Source: Paraspadella gotoi (taxonomy: Eukaryota > Animalia > Chaetognatha). From it: a stretch of 64,000 nucleotides of DNA. Of the stretch, positions 12,801 through 30,614 are shown in pieces (position 1 is the stretch's first letter; each line of letters starts with the position of its first letter). The DNA lies in the NCBI GenBank assembly GCA_051294375.1, contig CM119267.1, positions 17,399,843 through 17,463,842 on the forward strand, given 5' to 3'. Position numbers and translations under genes: made by a program. The notes under the pieces are model-generated. The model ran no database searches. It saw only the letters and a list, made by a program, of their open reading frames with translations, and had not been told where the DNA came from.

Positions 12801-15800
12801 CACCGAAAAAAACGACACGCGAATCAGAAATGAGAACTTTGTCGAAAAGACTCACATAACTACATGACATCCTAAAATTTTTAAATGTTATTTGTCCACT
12901 TATTGACTCGTTGATATCTAGTTTCTGTTAAAAACTTATATCAGATTGCATGCATCTAATTTACATACTGCAGTAAACTTTTATATTGGACTATTGGTTG
13001 TACAATTTATATTTTTACATTATTATAAATATCAGGAAATACTGTTTATACAGGTTACTGGTAAGTATCACTTTTAACCACCACCCTCTACACTTAAGCA
13101 GGGTCTAACTAACCTATCTTTCAATGTTGGCCATTTAACGATTTACCTCAATGTCATCCGTAAATAGATCAATGTAAAAGTCAGTACAACCGGCGACGTC
13201 CCATAATTGTAATATTAATTGTATTCATCTCGAGAATATTAACATCGGCAGAACTACACACAAATCCTTCAACGTGGGAGAGGGTTGGGCGAGAAAAAAA
13301 ATCAGGGAACAATGAGAACAAGAAATTCTGCGAAAAGAAATGGATAAAGTTTTTCCGCCAGATTTTTTTTAAAAATTGAAAATAGACAGTCTGTTCAGAA
13401 ACAATTGCGACTACAAGTAATAACTTCTTTCGTTCCACGATTTTCGTACGAATTAAAAAAAAAATATTAACAATGCGACAAAAAATTTCATTCGCTCGCG
13501 AAATTTTTAACACGAAACGGATATAAAAAATGTGAAGACCATCAATTCCCTATCACTGTATATCATAATAACCAACAAAATGATTCAAAATGGGTAGAAA
13601 TAACGAATATTTGTCAACAAAGTTTCCTTTTAGGCGATCATTCGACTTGAGAAATAAAAGAACCTGTTTTTTTTTAATAATAATATGTAGCGGGTGAGAC
13701 TCGTATGTTTGATGTTTTTGTCTAAATTTGTTTTTTTTGTGCAAAACATTCGCCGCGTATAAACGTTTCGTTTCACCAACGAAAAAAAGTTGTTGATATC
13801 CTCAAAGTTATTAGAACTCGAAAAAATCGGAAAAACATTAATAAACGACCATTAAACGTATTACCGAAACATAAACAAAACAGAAACTGAGAAAAAAAAC
13901 TGACCTGGTTGTTTTTCTTATGCAACAAATAAGATACAAATATTTCATTTACTTATATATGGCTAAAAAATTTGTTCCTTGAGTTATAATCCGAAGTAGA
14001 GTTTTCTAAAACATAAGCAAAATCTTTTAACATTGCTCAATGCGAAGCACAACGTAAAAAATAATAATTTTCATTAAACCAAAAAAAAAGCTGAAAAAAA
14101 ATAATACAAAAAAAAAAAAAAGGGATTGAAGCTAACAATCGGCGCCGACCAAGAAAGCCACGCCGCCCTCTCGCAACGGTGCCGCCAAATTGAGTTCGGG
14201 CGGCGTCATGGCTTCTATCGACGCCGGTCCGAACAGCGACGCCGACGGAAGATTCGACGACGTGGACGACGACGACGGCGTCGCGGAAGAAGACGACGAC
14301 GACGCCGCCAACGACGAGGCCGAGAAATTTCTCGATTTGGCGTCGTCGTCATCGTCCGCGAGAAACGCGACCCCTTCGGTCTTGACGAGAAAATCGTCCG
14401 GATTTCCGGCGCCGTTTCTCGCCACGCCCACCCCTTCCTCCTCCAACCCGGCGCCGCAGAGGACGTCGCTAAAACCGGGAATCTGCTCGACGCCTCGCCC
14501 GACGCCGAAGAGCAGCGGGGAGGCGTCGCGGGAAAAGTTTCGGACGGCGATGAAATCCGCGGCATCGTCTTCGCGTCGTCCAAAGTCGGAAAAGATCGAA
14601 GCCGGATCGAGTCGTTGACCGGCGTCGAAATCGTCTTCGTCGTCGTCGACGATGACGCCGGTAACGCCACCACCGGCGACACTTTGGCCGACGACCACTC
14701 CGCCACCTTTTTCAGCTTCGACGCCGCTGCCCTCCGTCGGGCCTGCCACATCTCCCCTCTCCTCCGTCTCTTCCTCTTCCTCCTCCCCTCTCCCGGCCCG
14801 CATCGTCGATCGCATCTTCCTCAGCATCTCCTCCGGCACCTGGAACCCGTCGTCCAGATCCTCGGGTCGCGTGTTGGCGGCGGTGGCGTACTCGGCCGAC
14901 GCCGCCAACTCTTTCACGTCCTCGGTCAGCAGCAAATACGCCTTGCCGCCGGTGGCGGTGAGAAAACCGCGTTCGAACAGCCACTGCTTGTCCGCCTGAT
15001 CCCCGGAGTATTTGAAGACCTGAGTTGAAAGGGGGCGAAGGTCACAGTGATTTGTCGTGACTCTCGGCAAAAGAGTCGCGCATGAAGCTCGAAAAGTATA
15101 TAAACAAACAAACACTTGGAAAAATCATATCTCAACCTCTGGATGTTTAGAGTACAGACGTCCTCTCGTATTGCCGAGTCCCAGCGCCCGGTTAGCTTTG
15201 GCGCCCATGACGAAGCGAGATTCGGTCGTCAAGCGGCGAGGATCCCAGCGCCGCCCGCGACGCCGCGCCGCAGCAGCGCCGCTTCCGGCGCTGAAAGGAC
15301 GCCGCTTTCGGCAACCGAGAGCCGAGGGGCCGGCGACGCCTCGTTTGAAGGAAGAGTCTTCGGAATCAGAGTCGAAGGCGGCGTTGGCGCGACGAGCCTT
15401 GGAGGACGCGGACGACGCGGCGTCCTTGAGCGCCGAAGCGCCGGAATAACGCCGGCGTCCTTTGAGAACGGCGCCATCCGTCGGCGGTGGAGAAGGCGGC
15501 GTCGGTGACGGATACATCTTCTTCGACTCTTCCAAGATTTCCCTTGGGGATGGAAGGTTGGAGTTAGACACAAAAGACAGTCCCGTTAAAGATGAACAAT
15601 AAGACATTCGGGCATTGTTTATTGTTTATTGTTTATTTCAATGAACGACTGATTATAATAATTAAATAAATGAGCGACCTTGACCGGAACATTTTTACGA
15701 TATATACGAATACAAGGTTCCCCTTGACCAATTTCTGAGAAATTCAATTACGACCACAACCACAAACAAACCCCGTACCTGCAAACCGCCGCCACGTGCG

Positions 15801-16082
15801 CCTCCGTCACCGCCTCCCCGCTCCCATCCTCCCTGGCCGCGTTCTCTCTCGCGTTCTCCCGGATATTCTCCACGCTGGGCCGGAAGTAGGCGTCGACGTA
15901 CTTGGCGACGACGGCTCCGATTTCCTCGTCGATCCGACGCTGAAGGCAGCGACGCAGGACGCCGAGACTCTCCGCCGCGCCGGGAGCGACGACGCCGCGG
16001 CGCGCGCGAGCCAGCGCCGCCGTTTGGGACCGAAAGGAAGAGCGGTGGGAGATTTGCGCCACGGGAAAGTTGGCCAGATTGA
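6700..16082. repeat. About 4.6-4.8 kb direct tandem duplication (copy 1 about 6700-11502, copy 2 about 11539-16082)
   Basis: Collinear landmarks occur in both copies, e.g. gattcactcaaaaagtcc, (ttgattaacgacaaaaagg)n, aatcaccgaaaaaaacgacacgcgaatc and the DNTTIP1 exons. Differences are mostly small indels concentrated in copy 1. Confidence 0.93.
9487..11502 (-). pseudogene. Frameshifted, 5'-truncated second copy of DNTTIP1 exons 2-4 (probably an uncorrected long-read duplicate rather than a real pseudogene)
   Basis: Same exon and intron sequence as 14132-16082 but with dense 1-bp indels. It ends next to the 25-N gap at 11514-11538. Confidence 0.75.
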
Positions 16083-16432
16083 GAAGACGCCGATTGAACA
16101 CCGTCGGCCAGGGAGCGTCGGCGGGGGCGAGAGGAGGATCGTTCGTGGGCGTAGAGGGAGTTGAGGCGGGCGAGGGAATCGGAGGAACCGACGCGGAATG
16201 CTTGGGCGGAAAGAAGGAAGGGACAGCGGCTGCTGGGGCAGCTGCAGCCGCGGTTGAGGCATCGTTGGGGTGAGTTGCGTCTGAAAAGTCGATCCTCCGA
16301 AAGGAAGAGTTGGTTTTGGCGTCGATCGTGCCAACGCCGGGCGTCTTTCGCGAGTCGGGTGGGTGAGTCTGGAGTGAGAAAGATGGGGCAAAATTATTAG
16401 TGTTTTTTTCATTCATTCATTCATTCATTCAT

Positions 16433-16516
<84 letters not shown>

Positions 16517-17339
16517 TATTCGTCGATTGATTGACGGATTCTTTTCATTCATTCATTCCTTCATTCATTCCTTCATTCATTCATTCATTCATTCATTCAT
16601 TCATTCATTCATTCATTCATTCCTTCATTCATTCATTCATTCATTCATTCATTCATTCATTCATTCATTCATTCATTCATTCATCTACGTATTTTTTCGT
16701 CATTAATCAATTCCTTCTTTGGCTTTTTTATTTCCTTAATTATTTCTTTCTTTCTTTATTTTATTTTTGTAAAAATTATTCTGTGACGTGGCAAAACGAA
16801 AATCCTTACTATCACACCCAACAACCCATAACCACCTGCCAACGACGCCGTTTCGACATCGTCGTCGCCTCCGCTTCTTCCCGACGCCATTCCACGCCTC
16901 CTGGTAGAGCTCTGGCGCCCGAAACCGGCGCCGTAGGCGAAACTGGCGCGCGACGCCGAAAAGCAGTTTTTCCATCGGCGCCGACAAAAGAGAAAGACGC
17001 CGACGATGCGACGCTAAGAAAGAAAGGATTGGCGTCGCCGTTGCGTCGATGCCAACCGGCGTTGCTAATCGTTTCGTTTCGTTCTTCTTCGTTCGCCGGC
17101 GCCGCTCGACGTTTTCGATCCGAACTTTTCCAAGACGCCGCCGTCGCAGCATCGACGCCGTCCTCGTTCGTGGCGCCGTTTCGATGATCGGCGACGCCGA
17201 ATCCCGCCGAGACGCCGCCGCCGACGCTCATCCGGCACCGTAAATCGGAGGCGACGGGCGAGAAAAAAGGATCCGAGGAATGATGGAGCAGACCCCGATG
17301 ACGAGGACTCAGCGGCGTCGACGACGACGACGACGTCAT
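14132..17339 (-). CDS. DNTTIP1: DNTTIP1/TdIF1 homolog (MiDAC HDAC-complex subunit), 4 exons, about 795 aa
   Basis: Exons 17339-16836, 16368-15779, 15542-15137 and 15019-14132 are joined by GT-AG introns with consistent phases (0,2,0). The translation contains the dimerization domain (SLGVLRRCLQRRIDEEIGAVVAKYVDAYFRPSVENIREN...AVCREILEESKKMY). It also contains the C-terminal domain (WDPRRLTTESRFVMGAKANRALGLGNTRGRLYSKHPEVFKYSGDQADKQWLFERGFLTATGGKAYLLLTEDVKELAAS), which closely matches remembered vertebrate DNTTIP1 (WDPARLNESTTFVLGSRANKALGMGGTRGRIYIKHPHLFKY...). The first exon is less certain than exons 2-4. Confidence 0.92.
16408..16684. repeat. Compound (TTCA)n/(TTTC)n microsatellite in DNTTIP1 intron 1
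   Basis: Directly visible. Confidence 0.95.
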
Positions 17340-19516
17340 AGTCGATGGGAGACGATCCCCGTCACGTGATCTTTTTGACCGCAGGAAGTTTTTTTTTTTT
17401 TCGACCCCTATCTCTCAGGTCAAAAGACGATCTGTGTGGAATGGATTACGAGCTGTCTTCGTCGTTTTCGTCGTCGCCCTCGTCGTCGTCATCGTCGGAG
17501 GTAAGGGAATCATTTTTCGAGATTTCTGTTCGTGTTTTTTTTAACGTTCGATCAACAACCAGAGAAAGAGGTGTTGACGAGCTAGAGAGCGAGAGATAGA
17601 CAGATGGGGACAGAGACAGGAATCGTATGTTTCGAAGGAAGAGGAAACAAGCAGGGACTCGAAACTCTACTGGCTTCTGGGGAAAGTGCCGACTCGACCC
17701 GGGATTGCCTTTTGTTTCGCGGGAACTTGTGTGAAGTGAATCGAAAGTGAATCGAAATCGAAATTTAAATATATTTATTTTCTAAAATAAAGGAAATTTA
17801 AAAAGTTTTGATTTTTCTCGTATGAAATTTTACTATCTCTTCGTTTCTTTTTTATTTTCAATTTTGGGTTTAATTCTATAGAGATTAATAGTTATTCTCG
17901 GCTAATTTGCATGTCTGAATATTTTTATCTTTTAATTCTTTTATTTGTTTCTTTTTACTTTCCTACATGTTGATGTTTAAAAAATTATAAAAATGTGGGG
18001 TCCCATTCGTATTTTAAAACTTTCGGATACATTGAAGACTTTTTATGCTAAAAAAGTTTTAGTATTTTAGTTTCGACGCCAGAGGACCCATACTCGTCCG
18101 AAAAAAAAGCCAAGAAATCATTTTCTGAAAACAAAAGACATCCGCCCACGGAGATTTCGAGGAAAACTTGTTTAAACATTCCTCGATGGAAAAATAAATA
18201 GGAATTTGAGAAAGGAAAGCGAATTAAAATGCCGTCAAAGGAAAGAAGGGAAAATGATGTGGGGGGGGGGTCATCGTTTTATAAAAGGGATTCGGGTCTG
18301 AGTCTGTTTCGTGGACGAGCCCTTCTTATTCGCTCTGCCATCTCAGGATTCGAAGTTCATTCCGCTTTGTTTACTTTTCAAGTTTTGTGGTTTTCGTGAG
18401 TAACGTTTTTTTTTTTTTGGTTTTTCATCTTAGTAAACATATCGGTTTTCTGTTTAATTTCCTATGCTAAATTTAAACATCAATCTAGACACACTTCCGG
18501 ATGAATAAATTGGACAACTTTGTCAATCCCCTTACCACGCCTTTTTTTGGTTCTCCCAAAAGAAAAAAAATACGCCCATTTAAAACCAGTCAAATATTTA
18601 AACTATCTCTTTATTAGCATTCTAACTTTCAAGGAACCGAGAAAAAACTCGTAGAAAAAAGCAAAAAGTTTTAATTCAAAGACTGTTCTTTACAAAACAT
18701 ACGAAATATATATATAATACCTATTTTCATAAAAAATAAAAAAATAAAAAAAACACGAAAATACAAATCTATCGCAGAAAAAATGACACAACTAAAAAAA
18801 AAAACTTTATAAAATAAGAAAATGTAGAAAACTGGATGAAAAAATATCGCTAAAGCTGCATGAAGAGGTCATAAAAAATGAGTTCAATCGTTCCGAATGT
18901 AAGCGAAAACTGCCGCAGTAGCTACTCAAAAAAAAAAAGAAGTTTTTTAAAAATGACATATCGTACGAGAAGTACACGCACAATTACGACGCGGGGAGAG
19001 GCGGTGATAAAAATAGTAAATTCTTTGTCCAAAAATATTTGACGTCGAAAAAGACCTGACGACAACGAAAACGAAAAAAAAGAAACATCGTCATAAAAAA
19101 TGCCACTACTTTTCGTCGACGAAATTATTTACAATGAAGACTGCGAACCAGTTTTAAGTGAATAAAAAAAAAAGCGTGAAAGGAAAAAAAAACAATTTAC
19201 AAAATCTGACGAAGGTCGATGGATGACTGTTTTTATTTATTTGTTTGTTTACATTCGCGTTGCGTCGAAACTTCGCTTTACGTGTCGAATAAACCGACGT
19301 GGGAACTGGGCAGTGACGTCAGCGATAAGGTTAAAAAAAAAAGTTGTAGAAAATGCTTAAAATGTAAAAAGGGGTAACCTTTATGTAGTCGGGATAATTT
19401 AAAACGTAAATCAGGGTTTATTGCTCTTTTCATAGTTTGTTACAGTTGGCCTCTTTTTTTTTACTAAATATTCATCCTTCAATCGTATTGTTTGTTTGTC
19501 AGTATAGTTCTCATTC

Positions 19517-23809
<4,293 letters not shown>

Positions 23810-24759
23810 TGTTGGCGCCAACGGATTAAATTCCAGGGAATCCGAACGAAACGCGAGACGGAGGTGGAACTTTAAAGGTTTTTTTTTTTTTAATTTGTAA
23901 TCCGGGTTTTTCGTTTCGTTTTTGTAATATTTTTGTCCGGGAGTTTTTTTTTGTTTCTTTTGAGTGAGTTGGTTTTCGGGCGACGATCGAGTTTTTTTTT
24001 TCGTTGTGGCAAGAACTGGGCAGATGCTGTGGAACAGAGAGTGAGAGAGTGAGTGAGAGAGAGACAGTTAGTGCAAGTCCTTGGTTCCTCTTTTTTTTTT
24101 TTTTGGATCGGGATCTGATTAAGAGGAAGAAGAAAATAGTAAATGAGAGAAATTAACTGGCGGTTTCGCAGGGATGATAATTAAAAGAGAGGGAAAAACT
24201 GGACATATTGAATTTGAAGGTTCAAAAGAACGATCGAAATAAATCTGTGATATTTTGGTGTCAGCGTAAAATACGTATAAATAAAAAAAAAAAACGAAGA
24301 AGAAAACAACCGTGGTTTCTTTCAACGTTTCGCCACGAAAAGTTCTTTCTATTCTTCAAAACACTTGATAAAATAATCGAATCTCAAATCGCCTAGATGA
24401 ACCCAAAAAAAAAATTTAAAGAGGCATACAACAATTTTTTTCAAGAACAAAACGAAAGGAAAAATTCTAAATTTATGTAAATCGTAAAATAAAAAAAATG
24501 GCAAAAAAATCTGATGGAAGATAAAAGAAAAAAAATATATTAATTAATTTTAAATAAATTCCGCGCATTAAAGTCATTTCAACCCGCGAAAAAAGGTTAA
24601 AAGATATTTTTCAATGCAAAGATTTTGAAAAAATGGATTTTAAAAAACTGAAAGGCCCCCTTCGGAATAAAAAAAGAAAGGTAAACTTAGGAGAGGCTCA
24701 CTTTGCACGGAGAGAGAGATAGAGAAGGAAAGAGAAGAGAGAGAGAGAGAGAGAGAGAG

Positions 24760-24811
<52 letters not shown>

Positions 24812-24988
24812 CTTCTGGAAGAAAGAGAGATGAAAGAAACCCATAAAATTAAAAAGTCACTGCCATGGCAAAAAAGCACAAAAGAAAAAAAAAAGAGATA
24901 AAACACTGATTAGTAAAGAAAAAAATAGTTTGTGCTTTGAACGCGCCTTTTTTCCCCCCACGATTTCCGAATAACACAGGCGAGATTA

Positions 24989-25086
<98 letters not shown>

Positions 25087-26143
25087 TTGAGAAACAAAAG
25101 TAAGGTTTGTCCGCAGACATTGCGGTTGTTGACTCGTCCGGTGTTGTTGTCATTCCGATATAGACAAATTTTTCGGAGGATTAAAAAAAAGAGGAGAATC
25201 TCTCCAAGCGATGACATCAGTTTTCGATTTCAGTTTTTTTTTTTTTTTAAGGACCAATTTATCATTTCGTACAAAGAGAATCAAAGTTGTAACTGTTCAA
25301 GAGATTTCGGAAGGTTTAAACGTTAGAAACATATGTATTTTCGACTCGTTAAATTTAGAACAAGTGACATGGAAACTTAAATTAGTTTAAAACAAAACAA
25401 TTTTGAAAACCAAAAACTTTTCCTGCCTCTTTCCCCCCCCCCACGTTGCTCCCCCCGCCCATCTTTCCCTTGTTTTAAAAAAAAATTGTTCGTTTACTCA
25501 AATGACTTGCGAAGAATAAACATTGGGTTTTTTAAGTTGAAAGGAAGAAAAAGTTCTTTTTTTTTCGTCAGAAATTCAATAGTTGAACTTGAAACAAACT
25601 TTTCCGTTCATGAGAGATTTTTTCGGAATCAATGGAACTCATTCAGAGACGATGTTCATTAGGCCACCTTCGACTTTACCGGCTTAGTTTAAATGAGAAA
25701 AATAGTTTATATTTGTAACAACGCGATAGCAAAGGCATGGCGTCTGAATCATATCCCCCAAAAAGAGATAAAATAGTAACGATTGAAAAACGTAGTCGCT
25801 GTAATATGTACAATTGAATGTACAATTGTACATACAGATAGACAGACGGACTTCACTCGTGAAAAGCCCGAGTCTGAGACAAAGAAAAGCTAAAAAGCTA
25901 AAAGCTCCATCTCGATAGTGGTTAAAAACGATTACCCCAACGAAATGACGATCAATATTGCACAAAAAAGTGCGAAAAAACGGGTTTTTGTGTTTTGAAA
26001 CGATTTTTATTCTATTTTTCTCTGAGTCAATCGTAAAAAAACCTTTGATTTTTTTTTTTTTATAAAAATAGATATTTTTTTACACCGGAGGACAACTATT
26101 ATGGAGCTGAAGCAGAGCAACTGTCATGAGGACGAGGACGGAA

Positions 26144-26175
<32 letters not shown>

Positions 26176-26856
26176 AGCGGCAGCAGGAAACGTGGAATCG
26201 ATGCCGGCATGGGGAGAAAAGGAAGTGGATGCCTGAGAGTCGACGGACCGAGGAATGGATGGAGAGAAGGAATGAATGAAGCGAAATAGGTTAGGGGAGA
26301 ATTTAAGTAGGGGAGATGAACGGAAAAGACAATGAAGAAGAGAGGGATAGAAAAGAAAATATGGAAAAAAGAAAGAAGAAAGAAGAAAGAAAGAAAGAAC
26401 GAAAGAAAGAAAGAAAGAAATAAGAAAGAAAAAAGAAGAAGAAGAAGAAAGAAAGAAAGAAAGAAAAGAAAGAAAGAAGAAGAAAGAAAATAAAGGACGC
26501 AAGAAATACAAAATATAAGAAAAAAATCCCGAAAAAATGATTTAAAAATAATGTGATGAGGCTTCTTTACAAATTTACAAAGTATCCATTCTTTGTTGTA
26601 ACCAGAAATTTGATTTGAATCTCGGATTTAAAAATTCCGCTTTTTTCAACAAAATTTTTCACAAAATATTTGCAGACTGCGAGAAGGAGAAAAAATTGTA
26701 ACTAAGAGAGGAAAAAAACGGTAGGAAAAAAAATTTAAAATAGACGAATTTATTAAACGTAGATAAAAATTTGTGGAAATTGAGAATACATTTAAATTTC
26801 GACGAAAAAACTTTTAATTATTCCAAAAGAAAAATGCAAATTTATTTTCAATTGCC

Positions 26857-26935
<79 letters not shown>

Positions 26936-27999
26936 GCGTCGATATATGGCGAGCATCGTCCTCGTCGACGCGTTCGATCTTAAAGCTTCTCATGCCGCGA
27001 AAGGCTTTTTTGGCGTGATTTTCCGAAACTTTCGACCATCTGGCTTTCGCCGCTGCTGCCCCCGCTGCTGCCGCCGCCGGGAAGCAGCCTCGACGCCGCG
27101 GCGGGGGCCTTTCCTTTGCGTGCGAGCTCTGTCGCGTCCTTGGAGCCGGGATTATACAAAAATACTAAAATGATTAAATTTTCGACTAACAGTTTTTTTA
27201 AAAGCTCTTAAAAGTAGTATTTTTTTGTTTTTTTTGTTGAATGAAAAAAAGAAAGAAATACAGTGCAAAGAGTCATCTGTGAAAAAATCTATAACTGCTT
27301 TCGAAAAAAAACAATCATAGAAACTTTAGTATTTATTTGTATATATTTTCTTGACAAAGTATAACACATTTTACTAGAAGTCTAACTTTTTAATTTCTCA
27401 AATAAAGTATAGGTACTGTAAAAGAAATTTGAAAGTTGAACGAATTTCGTGATTGTCAAGCTGAACAATATTCTTCCCCCTTCCCCCGACTTCCCACCCA
27501 ACGTCGCAACTTCCACTCTCAAAAAGGGCGCGAGAAGAAGGCCCGATTTGGGCGGGAGTAGATGCAGCCTCAGCGGCCGCTGGCGGGGACGGCAGGGCAG
27601 AGCGGCGGCTGCAGCGGCGATGGAGGCATCAACTCTTCGCATCATCCATTTGCTCGCCGCTGGTGGCTTAAGGACGTAACAAAGGCTCCCTACCTCCCTC
27701 CACCCCTGACGGCGAGAAAAGGCTGCTGCGCCTTGGGCGTCCGCTGCAGCGTGCGGAGAAGGGGGTTTTGTTTGAAGAGAGAGAGGGAGATAGAGAGAAA
27801 GAAATAAGCATTATATACGTAAACATTATATATTATATTTGACGGGTATGGAGGAACGGCAAGAGAGTTCATATTATAAGTGACAATAGTTACATGAACG
27901 AAGGAAGATGTATATAGTGAGAATGTAGATCGCGAATGGATTGCTTTGTTGACGGCGTCACATGACAAAAGGACCATTTTAATTATTTAACGATGACTT

Positions 28000-28487
28000 A
28001 AACAAGAAACGGTTATTCCAAGGTGTTGCGCCGCATTACTTTTTTTTTTACTTATCATATCATTTATTCCTTATAGTTTATAAAATTTTTTTACAAAAAA
28101 GTTTAATTTGAGTTCGATAACAATTTGTTTTTATTTTTCACTTTTGGCGCTGATGAAGGCTTGTATAAAGAGCCGAAATATGTACATTTTTGAAAATAAA
28201 AACAAATCGTTGTCAAACTCGAATTAAACTTTTTCGTAATGAAACACACATCGAAAGAAAAGAATACACACCAAGAATTTTTTAAAAACAAAAGGCGGTA
28301 CCAGTTGTCGCTTAGATTTGATTTTTAACAAATGAGCAACAAACTATAGGCAAGTTATAAGCGTTTTTAATGTAAGTGGGTCAGACCGGACAGATATACC
28401 GACGGACCGACTGACCGACCGACTGACCGACCGACCGAAAAGTAATTTATAGAGTTGCTCCGCGAGTACTCGCGGCGCAACTAAAAA
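28000..28487 (+). mobile_element. Non-autonomous Helentron/HINE-like repeat
   Basis: Starts AAACAAG, carries a (GACC/GACT)n microsatellite at about 28400-28438, and ends with hairpin AGTTGC-tCCGCGAGTACTCGCGGc-GCAACT followed by AAAAA. The body is repeated at 44308-44610. Confidence 0.55.
28145..28190 (+). ncRNA. Type I hammerhead ribozyme-like motif (Penelope/retrozyme type)
   Basis: CTGATGA (28150-28156), A, stem II GGCT/AGCC, GAAA (28175-28178), minimal stem III TATG, and putative cleavage triplet GTA ending at 28184. It is flanked by about 50-bp inverted arms at 28091-28140 and 28191-28239. Proximal stem I pairs poorly. Confidence 0.6.
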
Positions 28488-30549
28488 GTAAACACGGTCT
28501 CAATGATAATGACACGTCGATTGTGAATGAGGTCGGATGAGCTTAAAGCTTTCAAAAGAAGAGGGGACATAGAATTCCGAGAAGGGTCGTCTAATCGAGA
28601 GACGGAGAGAATAAACGAACAGAATCCAAGTGGCCACTTTTGTCAAGAGTCTCGTCGACTTTTCACGGGGAAAAACGAAACGAAAGTCGAAAAGTTTTTT
28701 TCACGGATGCGAAATCTTCACACGAGTTGAGAACGAACAAATTGTTCAAATATTTTTAATCAAAGTAAGTTAGATTATTTATTTTCAACTTATGAAGTTC
28801 AGTTTCAGATATTCAATCATGTATGTAAGTCCAACGACTAAAAGACGTCGCAGTTAAGGTCGCGACTAATATGATAACGACTTCGCAAGGCATATAGAAT
28901 TTCTTTCTTTGACAATTCTATTTATCCATTTTGACAGTTCATACGTAAGCTTCTGCCTTATTTTCTTCGTTACCTCNNNNNNNNNNNNNNNNNNNNNNNN
29001 NNNNNNNNNNNNNNNNNNNNNNNNNNNNNNNNNNNNNNNNNNNNNNNNNNNNNNNNNNNNNNNNNNNNNNNNNNNNNNNNNNNNNNNNNNNNNNNNNNNN
29101 NNNNNNNNNNNNNNNNNNNNNNNNNNNNNNNNNNNNNNNNNNNNNNNNNNNNNNNNNNNNNNNNNNNNNNNNNNNNNNNNNNNNNNNNNNNNNNNNNNNN
29201 NNNNNNNNNNNNNNNNNNNNNNNNNNNNNNNNNNNNNNNNNNNNNNNNNNNNNNNNNNNNNNNNNNNNNNNNNNNNNNNNNNNNNNNNNNNNNNNNNNNN
29301 NNNNNNNNNNNNNNNNNNNNNNNNNNNNNNNNNNNNNNNNNNNNNNNNNNNNNNNNNNNNNNNNNNNNNNNNNNNNNNNNNNNNNNNNNNNNNNNNNNNN
29401 NNNNNNNNNNNNNNNNNNNNNNNNNNNNNNNNNNNNNNNNNNNNNNNNNNNNNNGGGCAGATTAGCGAGTTAAAATTTCCAAAGGGGTTTTTCGGGCGAT
29501 TATCAACTTTTCAAATTCGACCATGCCTTCTCTCTCTCTCTCTCTCNNNNNNNNNNNNNNNNNNNNNNNNNNNNNNNNTCACCTCCCCCCACCTCTCTGT
29601 GTGAACAGAAAAACAAACAAGTAATCATCGGTGTTAAAACCAACCGTCAAACAAAAAGTTAGCGGAAAATAGAAAAATTTATGTAGCCGGCGTATTTTAT
29701 TTTACGATGTAGTTAATACTTTATTCATTACAAATCGTATAAAAATCATAGTAGAATCGTAGATTCTGAGACAACAATATGTACATAACCAAATACTAAC
29801 AAACTCCAAACCTTTTCAGAAGAAAACGCCATTATTAATTTGGCCAACCACTTCACACACACACTCCTTTTCTTTCCTCACCTCAAAACGGCAAAGATTT
29901 TTTCCCTCGAGTGAGGTCAACATCCCTCTCCTCTGGTCAGGTTCACGGCGGCAGCTCTCCTTAAAGAAGGCTTGAGCCCTCAACAGATGTCGTTATTTAA
30001 GAATTTATTGCCCTCGACATCGTCAATGAATTGGTCAATGGTGCAATGGCTAGTGACCAAGATGTTGATAAATTAAATTCGTTGGTTGAAACCTTATTTA
30101 CCATTCCTTTGTTTAGACTTTCTAAGAAAAATTTTAAAAAATATCAAAAAAAAACAAAGCAAACAAATGCATTCAGTAATGGGCATCCATAAATACTGAA
30201 ATGAATACTCTAAAGTCTTAACAGTCGAATTCTGATCAATGTTTTGATCGTGACCATTTTCGCAATCACGGTTGTTCGTCATCGTCGTAATTATCACCCT
30301 GGTCATTTTCGTCGTCATATACGCGTACAAAGAACGAAAAGGTTTTGCGTCTGTTTTTTTTTAGAAAGATATAAATATCGATAGGTTGTTTAATGATTAT
30401 TCTTATTCTCTTAAAATGCTTTTCAACTTCGCAAATGACCTGGAAGGCTGACCCTTAACGAAGGGCTCGACATGATTGACCCAGAACGAACGATCGACGA
30501 AAATCGTGATGAAAGAGACGTATATCATCGCAACGTCGGGAGTCTGTGA

Positions 30550-30614
<65 letters not shown>

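Noticed and set aside
14126-16400. Long plus-strand and alternative-frame ORFs overlapping DNTTIP1
   Set aside because: They are shadow ORFs caused by GC-rich, GAC/GTC-biased codons. Only one minus-strand frame gives conserved domains and phased splice sites.
28909-29604. Long ORFs made of X residues (also 54714-58375 and 62990-63974)
   Set aside because: They are open only because they run through N gaps.
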